NCBI GenBank assembly: GCA_024679065.1
Contig: JAGIQG010000009.1
Coordinates: 95,604,001-95,668,000 of the forward strand
DNA from: Sphyrna mokarran
Lineage: Eukaryota
Length of the DNA: 64,000 nucleotides
Direction: 5' to 3'
Under the pieces are notes generated by a model. The model was not told the origin of the DNA. It searched no databases and saw nothing but the letters and a program-made list of their open reading frames with translations. The position numbers and the translations under genes were made by a program. Positions 10,696 through 25,021 of this stretch are shown one piece after another (positions within the stretch are counted from its first letter, which is position 1; every line of letters begins with the position of its first letter).

Positions 10696-11585
10696 GCACA
10701 GTTTATTTGTATGTACCAGATGTATTGAAGAGATTTTGTCACTCTGCAACAGAGCTACTTAATCCTTTGGTGGTCTTCAGGCAGCTGCTTGGTTATCTTT
10801 TAAATAAACGAAATATCTTTATATAAAGATATCTGTCTCGTGAGTTTTGTATTGTCTATAATTGAAGATTGCATTGGTTATCTTGAAATACCCTACAACA
10901 TCTTGTCCATGATAGTTTAGAATAAAACGACAGTTGATAGGCTGGTCATTACGAAAGGCAACGGGACCGTGCAGTGGGGTGTAAGCAAAGACCCCACAAC
11001 AGGACATCTAATTCCCCACTATCTTCACACCCCGTCCATGCCAAGAAATAATGTTGGGATCTGGATACTAGTGTGATTGGATGAGTGTCATTCTGTTACA
11101 TGTGAAGTAGGAACTGTACGATCACAAGGAGGAGCTTCAGCCTGAGTGAGACAGAGACCAAAGGAGTAAATTTGGAAATGTGGTTCCAAGTGGAAATTTA
11201 ACTTGCTAATCTTTTGCACATTTAGTTTTAGAATAAAGGCCAAATTCTGACCTAAAACCAGCAGCCTTCAAGTAAGTTAAATAGTCTAGCTGCCCTGGGC
11301 TGTCTGTTGATCTGTATCTTCTGTGAAAAACATTGTTGGAAGGTGAAAACAGAAGTAAAAGTCAGCAAGCACACCCATAGTACTCCTGCATTGGCCATTT
11401 TACAGATATCGCTCAAATTTCTCTCTCTCTGTGGCTGTGGAATTCAGGCAAGTCAACAGGGACTGAACCTGAAAATTGGGAAGCTTCATCACAAAATTAC
11501 AGAAGACTGAATTCACAAAACTGACTCTTCACTTGATCAAACCAAATCCACAGGGAGCTTGAATCACAACAGCGGCAACTGTTGT

Positions 11586-13234
11586 TAAAGACAATGTTGT
11601 CGGGGAGAATACTGCGATACCAGGTTGTAGACTGGGCAGGATTGAGGTTCATAAGGAGGAGGTGTTAGCGTATCTTGAGGGTATGAAAATTGATAAGTCC
11701 CCTGGGCCAGATGGGATTTTCCCTAGGATTCTCTGGGAGGCTAGAGAGGAGATTGCAGAGCCTTTGGCTTGGATCTTCATGTCGTCGTTGGCTACAGGTA
11801 TAGTGCCGGAAGACTGGAGGATGGCAAATGTTGTCCCTTTGTTTAAAAAGGGGAGTAGGGACCATCCTGGAAATTATAGACCGGTGAGCCTGACTTCTGT
11901 TGTGGGTAAAGTCTTGGAAAGAATTATAAGGGATAGGATTTATAAGCATCTAGAGAGAAATAAATTGATTAGGGATAGTCAGCACGGTTTTGTGAAAGGT
12001 AGGTCGTGCCTCACAAACCTTATTGAGTTTTTTGAGGAGGTGACCAAAGAGGTAGATAAGGGTAAGACAGTTGATGTAGTGTATATGGATTTTAGCAAAG
12101 CGTTTGATAAGGTTCCCCATGGTAGGCTACTGCAGAAAGTGCAGATGCATGGGATTGGAGGTGATTTAGCAGTTTGGATTAGGAATTGGCTAGCTGATAG
12201 AAGACAGAGGGTGGTGGTGGATGGGAAATATTCAACCTGGAGTGCAGTTACAAGTGGTGTACCTCAAGGATCTGTTTTAGGGCCACTGCTGTTTGTCATT
12301 TTTATAAATGACCTAGATGAGGGTGTAGAGGGTTGGATTAGTAAATTTGCTGACGATACCAAAGTGGGGGGAGTTGTAGACAGCGAGGATGGATGTTACA
12401 GTTTGCAAAGGGACGTAGATAGGTTGCAGAGCTGGGCCGTGAGGTGGCAAATGGAATTCAATACGGATAAGTGTGAGGTGATTCACTTTGGTAGGAATAA
12501 CAGGCATATGAAATATAGGGTTAATGGAAGAACCCTTAATAGTGTTGTCGAGCAGAGGGATCTTGGGGTACAAGTACATAGCTCTTTGAAAGTTGGCACT
12601 CGGGTTGATAAAGTTGTTAAGAAGGCGTACGGTGTGTTAGCTTTTATTGGTAGAGGGATTGAATTTAGGAGCCGTGAGGTTATGTTACAACTGTACAAAC
12701 TCTGGTGCGGCCGCACTTGGAGTATTGCGTACAGTTCTGGTCGCCGCATTATAAGAAAGATGTGGAAGCACTGGAAAGGGTGCAGAGGAGGTTTACCAGG
12801 ATGTTGCCTGGTATGGTGGGAAGGCCTTATGAGGAAAGGCTGAGGGACATGAGGTTATTTTCATTAGAGAGAAGAAGGTTACGCGGTGACCTAATTGAGG
12901 CGTATAAGGTGATCAAGGGATTGGATAGGGTGGATAGTGAGAGCCTTTTTCCTCGGATGGTGATGACCAACACGAGGGGACATAACTTTAAATCAAGAGG
13001 TGGTAGTTATAGGACGGATGTCAGAGGCAGGTTCTTTACACAGAGGGTGGTGAGGGCGTGGAATGCCTTGCCTGCAGCAGTTGTGGACTCGCCTACTTTG
13101 GGGACATTCAAATGTTTGGTGGATAGGCATGTGGATGATATTGGAGTAGTTTAGGTTAGAGGGTCCACTGGCCGGCGCAACATCGAGGGCCGAAGGGCCT
13201 GTACTGCGCTGTAATTTTCTATGTTCTATGTTCT
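11586..13234 (+). mobile_element. Young 5'-truncated CR1 LINE, ORF2 reverse transcriptase
   Basis: 393-aa ORF with KSPGPDG, NYRPVSLTS, DFSKAFD, GVPQGS and FADD; one frameshift at ~12700; (TTCTATG)n tail. Confidence 0.95.
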
Positions 13235-15489
13235 AACACTCAATCAGACTCAACTCACAGCTTTTGCCTTACAGACTACATCGTTACTCTGAACAGACAG
13301 CACAGGGTCACGTTCACAGGCTGCACTGCACATGGCATCTTATTTGGCCAAATCTAGAGAGATCTACCCAGCAGACACCCCATCTCCTGGGTCTGGGCAG
13401 CACAGTGGCACAATGGTTAGCACAACAGCCTCACAGCACCAGAGACCCACGCTCGATTCCCAGCTTGGGCAACTAACAAAGAACAAAACAGCACGGGAAA
13501 CAGGCCCTTCGGCCCAACGAGCCCATGCCGCCACCCCATGTTCCTACCTCCACCCGCAATCCTTGTCCATGTTTATAGATCTATGGATTAAAAACCAAAT
13601 TTGAGACAATTTAGGGAGAATTTGTTCTGCCAATTAGCCTAAGAGCACATCTTTGGGATGTGGGAGGAAACTGGAGCTCCCGGAGAAAACCCACGCAAGC
13701 ACAGGGAGAATGCGCAAACTCCCACAGACACAGGCCCAAATCCATGTATCTGCACAGCACAGCGATAGTCACTGAACTGTCGTGTTGCCCATGAAATGGT
13801 CCAGGTCAAGCGTACCCTAACGATGTGAAGCACTGGGATACTTTCAAAAAATCCAAGAGCAGCCCTCTCATGACCTATCGCGTGTATGCCCCTTGTTAGA
13901 CAACAAACTGGACCAAAGCACCTGTAGCATAAAAACAAGTACATCAACATCATTGTCTATTTACACACCTTCCCAGAGACTCCCAAGGCTCATGATCCCT
14001 ATTTTAAATCAGTTTTCTATACCCCTCCATTCCCATTCTGTTCATGTGCCCATCTAAGTATTTCTTAAATAACTCCAGAGTGCCTGCCTCCACTGACTGT
14101 ACCACATCTGCACGTTCTCCCTGTGTCAGCGTGGGTTTCCTCTGGGTGCTCATGTTTCCTCTCACATTCTGAAAGTTGCACTGTTGAGGTGCACTGGAAA
14201 TGCTAAATTCTCCCTCAGTGTACCCAAACTGCCACTGCAGAATTTTCACAGTAAGCTTCATTGCAATGTTAACATAAGTCTACTTGTAACACTAATAAAT
14301 AAATGGGGAACTTTAACATTTGCTCAGCATCCTCCCCCACCATTCCCACCCCACCCCAAAGCGCAAGGCAGCTCTGTCGAAGAGGATGCAGCATGGAACA
14401 AGGTTGCAGCGATGCAGATGAAATGTGTACACGAACATTGCACCGTCTTCACCTCGATCCTGAGAGTCATTTCTGAAGACACCTAGAGGACAGTCACTCA
14501 GCCCCTGCTGTTCTCAGCCAGCCTCTCTGGCCGAAGCACATCACCTCGTCCCCAGCTACTGTGGGGATCAGTGGCCTACACTCACCCTCTTGCCTACCCT
14601 CGCAACTCGCCCCACCTCCCATCTACTCAGATTGGCTTCAAAACTCTCCCTCCCACTACAATAGCCAGCCCAAATCATGCCCCCACCCCTCCCCTGCCAT
14701 GACCAGCCTGAATCATGCCCCTCCCTCCCACACTGATCACTGTCGCACAGTGCAGAGTGGATCCCTCCCGCCCCGTCCACCAGCACCAATCAGCCGCCCT
14801 GGTCTGGCCCCTCCCCAATAGGCCTGCCTCCTCAGGCCTCACCTTCGTTGCAAGACCTCTATTTCTACCAGTGAGGCCATTACATCTAGCTCCCCATTTG
14901 GGGGGTGGGTGAGGGGAGAGGGTGGGAGGGGGAGGGGCAGCTGTGATCCTCACTGGGCAGAACCTTTCCTGGCGAGGCTACGGAGGCAAGTGAACTCAGA
15001 ATATAGCGTCCCAGGCTCGTGAATTCAATGCAAAAGATATGTAAATTTTATTTAAATGATTTATTCAGCCTTGCACCGGAAATGGACGTGAGGCTGACCT
15101 TGCCGGATGTCTGGTGTGGGTAAGATCGTGAAAGGGGAGAAATCGGGTGTGAATTTCTCGACTTGCTCACCATATTACCGGCTCACTCTGCCAATCAGCC
15201 AGTGGGCACAAAGATAAGATCACCTCCTTGGACAGGATAAACAGAGTGAAAGTGTTAATAATCATACGTAAGCTTCTATTAGAGAAACCACAGTCTCTGT
15301 TGAAGCTTACCCAGGTAAGCATCAAGGCCTAGGCACAAGGGAGGTAAGCCAAGAATAGAGGTTCATTTATTAACCAAAACTACAAAACTGAAAGAGTTCA
15401 TGAAATTACACATCTGAATATGGGAAAAGTATTTGATATCTACAAACACAGACTCAAACTAGAATGTTACAGATAACTCGAAACAACAT

Positions 15490-15810
15490 GAATTCATAGA
15501 ATTCCTACAGTGCAGAAGGAGGTCATTTGGCACATCAGGTCTTCACCGACCACAACCCAACAGCTCCATTCCTGTAACCCACATATTTATCCTGCTAATC
15601 AGGTTGCCACTAGGGTCAATTTATCATGGCCAATCAACCTAACCTGCACATCTTTGGACTGTAGGCGGAAACCAGAGCACACGGAGGAAACCCACATAGG
15701 CACAGGGAAAATGTGCAAACTCCACACAAAGTGACCTGAGACAGGAATTGAACCCTGGTTTCTGGTGCTGTGAGGCATCAATGCTAACCACTGTGCTGCC
15801 CCACTGTGCC
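15490..15810 (-). mobile_element. tRNA-derived SINE (HE1-like)
   Basis: Minus GCACAGTGGTTAGCA...GGTTCAATTCC A/B boxes and CR1-type tail; related copies at 31465-31775, 57040-57180 and 13480-13790. Confidence 0.7.
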
Positions 15811-16118
15811 ATGTGCCATCTCTATGAGGTCAGCTAACATGATTAAATCTTCATGCTAATTGGGTATTATAATTGTTATAACCCAGGTCAGAAACTCCAA
15901 GATATTTTACAAAGTCAGCCTGAATCACAAGTTTTACACTTTGAATTTGGCTAGAGTAAGCATGAAATGTTTCACTTCAACGATGATTTAAATGATGCAT
16001 TAGGGAGCTTTTATTAAACAAAGTTTATTTAAGAATACTGTTGAGAAATAGAATGAAAATTAGCCATAACCTTTACTATTGCAAACAACAGACGTGCAAT
16101 CATGATACTGTAAAAACC

Positions 16119-16431
16119 TTTACAACAGACGCGCGTCTTTCAAACAACAGACGCGCGTCTTTCAAACAACAGACGCGCGTCTTTCAAACAACAGACGCGC
16201 GTCTTTCAAACAACAGACGCGCGTCTTTCAAACAACAGACGCGCGTCTTTCAAACAACAGACGCGCGTCTTTCAAACACCAGACGCGCGTCTTTCAAACA
16301 ACAGACGCGCGTCTTTCAAACAACAGACGCGCGTCTTTCAAACAACAGACGCGCGTCTTTCAAACAACAGACGCGCGTCTTTCAAACAACAGACGCGCGT
16401 CTTTCAAACAACAGACGCGCGTCTTTCAAAC
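16119..16431. repeat. 22-bp near-perfect minisatellite, 14 copies
   Basis: Unit CAAACAACAGACGCGCGTCTTT. Confidence 0.97.
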
Positions 16432-17849
16432 AAACATCTACCTCTGGTTTAGCACTGAAAACAAGAATACTCGCATGGTTTTGCAGCTCAGCGATGCCTG
16501 CTGTGAATGAGTCCTTTGGACAAAATTGAAACTCTGGCGTCTCAGCTTTGTAACTTCCAGCAGAGTTTGAGGGAGAGATAAAACCACTGCTGTCATTTAT
16601 TTATAAACCAGGAAACTACTGACAGCAAAGTTTTCACCCCAGGAAGGCAAGAAAAACTGCTTCCAACATAGCAGAATTTCTAATAACAGGGAGAGAGGCC
16701 TGGAAATACTGCCTTTCAGTTTGAAGTCCAAACATCATCTAACTAAAAAGAGCTAACAGCCCAAACCAAAAGTGAAAAACTCTTGATCTACCAATTATTC
16801 TTCTCTTTAACATTAGAAAAGGGTTGTAAACTTGTAAAACTCCAGGACATTACAGTTGGCCCAGATTAAAAATAAACAAATTCCAATTTAAACAGCAATA
16901 AAAGGACACCTAAGCACACAAGTTGGCAACAGTGAAAAAAACCTACCTACAGAGATCATGATTTGAATAATACATTTCTTAATGAGACAGTAATGTCACA
17001 TGATTAAACAGGCATGCAACAGTGGTAATTATCATACGCATCACATGCATGTTGTAACCTTAATCAACAGTTGTGAGTGGATAAAGATAGCTTCTGTACC
17101 TTGATGGCAATGTTTGTTACTTCTAATTGTATCTGAAAGAAAAGTGCTTCTGCAATTCTGAATTTGGTACTTGGTACTCTGATTGGCTTTCTAGGATGCT
17201 TGCTTTATGGCTCGCATATCAAATGTAATGTAATTTGTTTTGGCTACATGAAGGAAAAAAAGTTGTAACAACTTGAAAAGGCTGATCATCATAAAGCGCC
17301 ATGACACACGACAGATCAGAATAGCTTAAACAGTGTAGCTCCAGATAGAGCAATGCCCAACAAACCATAACTTTTAAAATCAGTGCAGGGTAATGAATCG
17401 CCTGATGAAGGAACAGCTATAAAAGCTCATGATTCCAAATAAACCTCTTGTAACTTGATGTTGTGAGACTTCTTACTGCAGATTCTGTGCAGAATAAACA
17501 GGTCAGATCAGAAGTGCTTCAAAAGTGCAGCTCCAGATGGAGCAATTCCCGATAAATTATTGCCACAGTTCCGTTCACAGACAGTCACATATGTAGTGTT
17601 TAAATCAGTCCATTGCTATCATTTCAATGAAATCTTCCCAGATTCTCGGATCCATTCTGCCACTGATCTTGGGACTAGTATCCCTGGATTTTCAAACCGC
17701 GTGCTGAGGATGAGAAAGAAATACATCACTATAGAGTGAGGCAAACACAGGAGAGCTGGAACATCCCCAGTAAAACCCATCAGATCCATCCAACACCCAG
17801 CAGCAAAATCTATCACAGCCCTGACATCTAATACTGCAGAAACCTGGAA

Positions 17850-19220
17850 ATAGTACAGTCAGTGTAGGAATGAAATTAAAAGGGAAACCAGGAAAGTTAA
17901 GTGAGGGTGTGAAAATATCAAGAAACCTCCAAGGATGTTCTCTAAGTACATGAAGAGAAAAGCACAAGGAAAGGGTAGGGTCTGTTGCAGACCAATAAGA
18001 TAGTCCGTGTGAGAGGGTGGAGAATGTGGTGAGATTGTGAATAAATACGTTGCTCTCTGTTTCCCAAACACAGAGGCAATCCTGATATTGTAGTTAAGGA
18101 AGAAGAGTGTGAATTACTGCATCAGATAAGCACTGTAACAGAGGATTATTAATAGATTTTAGAGTTTTGAAATTAGATAAATCTCCAGATTAAAAGAAGC
18201 AAGGGAGGACATTCAAGAGGAAATGATCATCAGAATCATCTGTCCCGGGCTACAGGAGTGCGGAAGGAGATTAAAGGACTACCAACGTTAGACCATGGAT
18301 TGAAAAGGGAAGAAAAGTAATCTGAGTAATTATACACCAGTTAGCGTAACTTCGGTGTTGGAAAAGTTATTGGAATCAATTTTGAGGAACGGTACAAACC
18401 TTCATTTAGGCTCAGCTGTATTAAACTCTGGAAGAGCTGATGAGGGCAGTGGGGTGGATGTGATCAAGCGAGATTTTAATAATGCTTTAGGCAAGGTTCC
18501 ACATGGCGGGCTGGTCAGAAATATAAAATTACATTGAGATCCAACATACATTGACAAATCAGAACCCAAATTAGCTCAGTGGCAGGAAGCAAAAGGTTAA
18601 GGGGTTTTAGAAACTACAAGGCTATTACCGATGGGGATTTCGAAGGACCACGCTCTCATGCCTTTGCTTTTTATAGGTTATATCATTGAATTAGATACAA
18701 ATGTAGCGGAATGATAAAGAAGTTTCGAGACATACAAATATTTTCTGCATGGGTGGCAGTGAGGAGGAAAGCTTCAGAATGCAGGGTGATAGAGATGGTC
18801 TGGGCAGTTGGGAAGAACAGTGGAAAATGGAATTCAATCCAGAGGAATGAGACATGATGGATTTTGGAAGGATTAACAAGGCAAAGGGAATCCCCAAAAA
18901 ATGGGAGGATAATGAGTAATGTGGAGGAACAGAGGGACCCAGGAGTGTGTGTCCACAGACTGGGAAAGGTGTCAGGTCAGGTTAATAACATGATTAAGAA
19001 GTTACACAACATGTTTTCCTTTATTAGCCAAGGAGCAGAACTTGGTTTTGCTAAAACAGCAAACAATATCAGATAGACTACAGCAGAAGCATTCTGATCA
19101 CAAAAACAGTCTGGTCACAAAAGATGTGATTGAGCTGGAGAGAATGCAGAGGAGATTGTTTAATGTGGAGAGCTCTTCATTATTAGGCAGGGATTCAATG
19201 GCTGAATGGTCCATTCTGAA
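17850..19220 (+). mobile_element. Ancient CR1 remnant, paralogous to 40710-42200
   Basis: Degraded RT motifs (KVPHG, VEEQRDPGVCVH, LERMQRR). Confidence 0.6.
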
Positions 19221-19705
19221 ACATAGGTGTTTTAACATTCAATGTTCCACCTATGAAACACCAGATAAAACATCAGAGCCCCAAAAACACCAGCTAAACT
19301 TAAGTTCTACTCCACACCTCAAACATTCAGCAAATGATCAGACTCATCATAATACACAACTAATATTGAATCCTGTGGGAGTGACAGTCTCCAGTGGCCA
19401 GCTTCAGCGAAACCTCTGGGAATTCTGACTTCCTTAAGGAAATTGAGCAGTTTCGCAATGGCTGTCCAGGGTGAGGTTTTCTGGATGTTTCAACACCTCA
19501 ATGCCCACAATTTCTCCACCCTCAGACTGTACAGGAGCAGCCATCTCCAGAAGGCCAGTCTGAAAGCTCACTGTTGGATTGGTGACTATACAATGAGAGA
19601 CAGGCATCCAGCTCACATCCCACTCACCAGATTGCACAATTAAATCCAGCGGGAATATCCCAGTTAGAAGGATTAGCTCTCAATATTTATCAACATAGCT
19701 CATAC

Positions 19706-20638
19706 CTCAGGAATGCGACATTGATTCGAGATGTAGTGGACATGAGGAAGGTTTTCAAAGGGATTTCTTATTTGCAGAGGGATTTGGACCAACTAGAAAA
19801 ATGGGCTGAAAAATGTCAAATGGAATTTAATGCAGACAAATGTGAGGTTTTGTACTTTGGAAGACAAACCAAAGTAGAATGTACAGAGTAAATGGTAGGA
19901 CTCTGAAGAGTGCAGTTGAACAGAGGGATCTGGAAATGCAGGTACAGAATTCCTTAAAAGTAGCATCACAGGTGGATAGGGTTGTAAAGAGTGCTTTTGG
20001 TACATTGGCCTTTATAAATTGGAGTATTGAGTATAAATTTGGAGTGTTATACTAAGGTTGTATAAGGCATTGGTGAGGCCGAATTTAGAGTATTGTGTAC
20101 AGTTTTGGTCACCTAGTTACAGGAAGGATGAAAGAGTGTAGACAAGGTTCACAAGAGTATTGCTAGGACTTGAGAAGCTGAGCTACAGAGAGAGATTGAA
20201 TAGGTTAGCACTTTATTCCCTGGAGCGTAGAAGAATTAAGTGAGATTTGATAGAGATGTACATGATTTGATGGGTACAGGGAGAGTGAATGCAAGTAGGC
20301 CTTTTCCACTGAGGCTAGAGGGAAAAAAAAACAGAGGGCATGGGCTAAGGGTAAAAGGAGAGACGTTTAAAGGGAATATTAGAGAGGATTCTTCACGCAG
20401 AGTGTGGAATGAGCTGCCAGATAAAATTGTAAACGCGGGGTCACTTTTAACATTTAAGCAAAACTTGTACGGGTTCATGGATGAGAGAGCTGTGGAGGGA
20501 TATGATTCAAGCGCAGATCAGTGGGACTAGGCAAGAAATGTGTCGGCATAGACAAGAAGGGCCAAAAGGCCTGTTTCTGAGGTGTAATTTTCTATGGTTC
20601 TATGAAGGAACTGGATGAAGCATCCCCTTAATCAGAAG
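19706..20638 (-). pseudogene. Gene B cytoplasmic exon 7, interrupted
   Basis: Halves at 20602-20638 and 19706-19716 match 43002-43049. In-frame TAA after SD; CR1 between the halves. Confidence 0.8.
19717..20601 (+). mobile_element. CR1 3' fragment inserted in gene B exon 7
   Basis: CR1 C-terminal remnants and TTCTATGG tail; absent at the homologous site in gene C. Confidence 0.85.
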
Positions 20639-20845
20639 CTGTTAAAGGAAGAGGAGGCATTAAAAACTGTTCATTATCAGAGACAGAGACTGTGAATGTG
20701 ATAAAGGGAGAATGAGAGAGACAAAGAGAGACAGAGAGAGACACTGAAAAAGAAAGAGGTTCTCACACATATACTGACGGTGATACACACAAATAAACTC
20801 TCTCTCTTTCACACACACACACACAGTGTTTGATGATCAGCTTAT

Positions 20846-20878
20846 TCTCTGCAAAATTGTAGCCACTCTTCCCTCTCC
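20846..20878 (-). pseudogene. Gene B cytoplasmic exon 6 (splice-dead)
   Basis: GRGKSGYNFAE, homologous to 43245-43277. Acceptor AG>TG and donor GT>AT. Confidence 0.8.
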
Positions 20879-21283
20879 CAGTAAAACAAGAAATATTCAG
20901 TGAGTGATGAGACAGAGAGAAAATCAGAGACAGAGGCTGGAACTCTCACTTATACTGAGCCTCTACAACACAATTCTGAACCTTCACTCCCACCACGACC
21001 CGAGACCCTCACTCCAACTCTTACCTTGGAGCCTTACTCTGACCTGAGACCCTTACAGATACCCTGAAATCCACCCACAATCTGAGATCCTTCCCACAAT
21101 TCACAGACACTGTCCTAATATCATGAGCCCCTATCCTCCCGATCCTAACTTTGGGGCTCTTCCACCCACTATATGAGCCCCACATCAATCTGAGACCCAC
21201 ATCCTGAGCCACCCCCACTCTGAAATACTCTCCCAGAATCCCTCTCCTCAATGAGGAGCTGCTCTTTTCCCTCCAATTCCTAC

Positions 21284-21376
21284 CTTTCTTGTTGTTGATG
21301 ACAACAGCCACAATGATGAGAGCGATGAGCACGAGGACCCCGACAGGAACAGCAACGTGGGAGTGACACTTTGGTT
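21284..21376 (-). pseudogene. Gene B transmembrane exon
   Basis: EPKCHSHVAVPVGVLVLIALIIVAVVINNKK; 93 nt, 12 nt shorter than in gene C. Confidence 0.88.
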
Positions 21377-22534
21377 CTGTTGGAGAGAGAAAATCAGAGA
21401 GACTGAGTGAATCAGGAAGACAGAAAAGTGAGAATCAGAGAAAGAGGGAGAGCGAGCGAGCTAGCATCTAAGAATGAGTGAGGAGGCGAATGAGAGATAG
21501 ACAAAGCTCAGAGAAAATGAGAGTGAATCAGAGAAAAAGAAAGAAAAAATGAGAGTGAAAATGAGAGAGGAAGAAAGAGAAATGAGAGAGTGAATCAAAG
21601 AATGAGAGAGAATCACAGGACATACGAGACAGAAACTGGCCATTCGGCCCAGCCAGTTGATACTGGTGTTAATGTTCTAATGGAGCCTCCTCCCATCTCT
21701 TTTTCTCATCTAATTTGACCATTTTAACTCTATTCCCTTCTCCTTCATTTGCTTGTCTATCTTCCCCTTAAACTATACTGTTCGGCTCAGCCTCTCCCTG
21801 TGGCAGCGAGCTCCACATTCTCATCACTCTTTGGGTGAAGAGATTTCTCATGAATTCCCCATTGGGTTTCTTGTATTGATGGCCACTGGATATGCTCTTC
21901 TCACAGGAGGGAAGATGTGTCCACTCTATAAAAAAAGACCTTTCCTAATTTTAAAGTCCTCGATTAGATCAACCCTCATCCTTCCATTTTCTCGAGAACA
22001 GAGACCCAGCCGGTCAATCCTTTCCTGAGATGTCCACCCACTCATTTCTGGAATCATCTCTGTAAATCTTCTATACACTCTCTTCCTGACTCTATATCCT
22101 TTGTATGAAATGGTGACTGGAACTGCACACGATGTTTAAATGAGGTCTAATGAAGGTTTGGCAATAACATCCCTGCTTTACAATTCTATTCCTCGAGAAG
22201 TGAAACATGGATTTCGTTTGTATTTTGTTTATTGCCTAATCCGTAACTGTATGTTTACTGATTGGTGTATTTGTACACCAAGATCCTTTGTTTCTCAACA
22301 CTGCCTATTCATTGTTAACTGAAAAATATCTCATGTTTATCTGTGCTGAACTTTATTCACCAACTATTTGCTGGAGTTTATTCCTGTCCTATTAATTTAT
22401 TCCAGTTCTCCTCAAACTCAAATAATTCCCCCAATTTGGTGTTATCTGAAAATTAAGAAATGGTGCTTTTCATTCCAATGTCCAACTTATGGAACGTAAG
22501 TTGTGAATAACAGTGATCCCAACACTGATCCTTG

Positions 22535-24200
22535 TGGAATGATGGAGGAACCCAGCACATCAGTGCAGAAGATAAAACCAAAGTATTCACAGCAATCTTC
22601 AGCCTGAAGTGCCGAGCGGATGATCCATCTCAGCCTCCTCCAGTGCTCCCCAGCATCTCAGATATCAGATATCAATCTCCAGATAATTCAATTCACTTCA
22701 CGTGATATCAAGAAACAGATGGAAGCATGGATACTGCAAAGGCAATAGGCCCTGATAACATTCCACCAATAGTACTGAAGACTTGTGCTCCAGAACTTGC
22801 CACTCCCCAAGCCAAGCTCTTCCAGGACAGTTACAACACTGGCATCTACCCAACAATGTGGAAAATTGCCCAGGTATGGCCTGGACACAAACAGCAGGAT
22901 AAACCCAACCCAGCCAATTCCCGCCCGATCACCAATAAAGTGATGGAAGGAGTCATTGACAGTGTTATCATGCAGCCCCTGCTCAGCAATGCCCAGTTTG
23001 GGTTTCCCAGGGTCACTCAGCTCCTGATCTCATTACAGCCTTGGTTCAAACATGGGCAAAAGAGCTGCATTCCAGAGGTGAGGCGAGAGTGACAGCCCCT
23101 GAAATCAAGGCCACATTTGACTGAGTGTGAATCAAGGAGCTTTAGCAAAACTGGAATCAGGAGGGGCAAACTCTCCATTGATTGGAGTCAGACCTGGTAC
23201 ATAGGAAGATGGCTGTGATTGTGGAGGGTCAGTCACCTCAGCTCGATGACATCTCTACAGGAGTTCCTCAGGGTAGTGTCCAAGGCCCAAAAATCTTCAG
23301 CTCTTCACCAATGACCTTCCCTCCATCATAAGATCAGAACTGGGAATGTTCGCCGATGATCGCACAATGTTCAGCACCATTCGCGACTCCTCAGATACTG
23401 AAGCAGTCCGTGTTCAGATGCAACAAGATCTGGACAATATCCAGGCTTGGACTGACAAGTGACAAATACCATTCATGCCACACAAATGCCAGGCAATGAC
23501 TAATCACCAACATGAAACACTCTAACCACTGCACATTAATATTCAATGATGTAACCGTCACTGAATTCCCCTCTGTCAACATCCTTGGGGTTACCATTGT
23601 TCAGAAACTCAACTGGACTCACCATATGAATAAAGCGGCTGCCAGGTAGGTCACAGCCTAGGAATACTGTGGCAAGTAACTCACTTCCTGACTCCCCAAA
23701 GCCTATTCACCATCTACAAGGCACAAGTCAGGAGTGAGATGGAATACTCCCCACTTGCCTGGATGGGTGCACCTCCGACAACACTCAAGAAGCTTGACAT
23801 CATCCAAGATAAAGCAGCCCACCTGATTGGCATCACATTTCCAAACATTTAATCTATCCACCACCGATGCTCAGCAGCAGCAGTGTGTACTATCTACAAG
23901 ATGCACTCCTGCAATTCACTGAAGATCCTTTGAAAGCACTTTAAAAATACATGATCATTTCCATCTAGAAGAACAAGGACAGCAGTCAAATGGAAAACCA
24001 CCACCTGCAAGTTCCCTTCCAAGCCATTCAGCATCCTGACTTGGAAATATATCACTGCTCCTGTGTGGTCACTGGGTCAAAATCCTAGAATTCCCTCCCT
24101 AGCAGCATTGTCACCATCATCTTCTCAAGGGCAACTAGGGACGGGCAATAAATGCTGGTCAGCCAGCGACACCCATGTCCCACGAATGAGTGAAAAAAGC
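22535..24200 (+). mobile_element. Degenerate CR1-clade LINE, paralogue of 770-2390
   Basis: Same RT fragments (KAIGPDNIP, GVPQGS, MFADD). Confidence 0.85.
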
Positions 24201-25021
24201 ATTTTCCACTTTGTCACTCCGAATAACTCCGTTTACTCACACTCTCTGCTTTCTGTCTCAAAGTCAGTGAGTGATCCATTCTGTCACTCATCCCCTAGCT
24301 CCACATGCTTTGACTTTGTCAATCAGTCTATCGTGAATTTCTATTACATTAGCATTGTCTAATGCCTCTGTTACATACTCAAACATTCCATAAGTGGAGT
24401 AAAACAACAAAATCCATTTCAAATTCCATGCTGACTGTTCATTGCTATAGTATTTGATTCTAGATTTTCATGAATTGTCTCCAATAGAAGTAATTCATTA
24501 TTTTCCTCAATACTGATCTTAATCTAATATCCCAGGCACATGGTGCCCTACCTCCTGTAATATCCCAGGATACTCTGGGTCATCGCATACAGTAATATCC
24601 CAGGATACATCAGGCTCTGTCACCCTCTCATATCCCAGGCACATGGTGCCCTACCTCCTGTATTATGCCAGGATACACCACATCCCGGATACGTTAAGGG
24701 CATCCTGTGAGCCTGCAATATCTCAGGATACAGTGGGATTTATTCTGCTGTAATATCCCAGGATACGGTGCATTCTGTATTATGGCAAGTAACTCACCTC
24801 CTGACTCCCCAAAGCCTATTCACCATCTACAAGGCACAAGTCAGGAGTCAGATGGAATACTCCCCATTGCCTGAATGGGTGCACTTCCAACAACACTCAA
24901 AAAGCTTGACACAATCCAGGAATGTCAAACTGAATGTCAATCTGGATTGACATTCAGCTTGACATTCCTGGATGGTGTCAAGCTTCTTGAGTGTTGTTGG
25001 AGGTGCATCCATCCAGGCAAG

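Noticed and set aside
16119-16431. CRISPR-like palindromic repeat; 162-aa ORF 16041-16529
   Set aside because: No unique spacers, no cas genes and a eukaryotic context. The ORF is translated tandem repeat.
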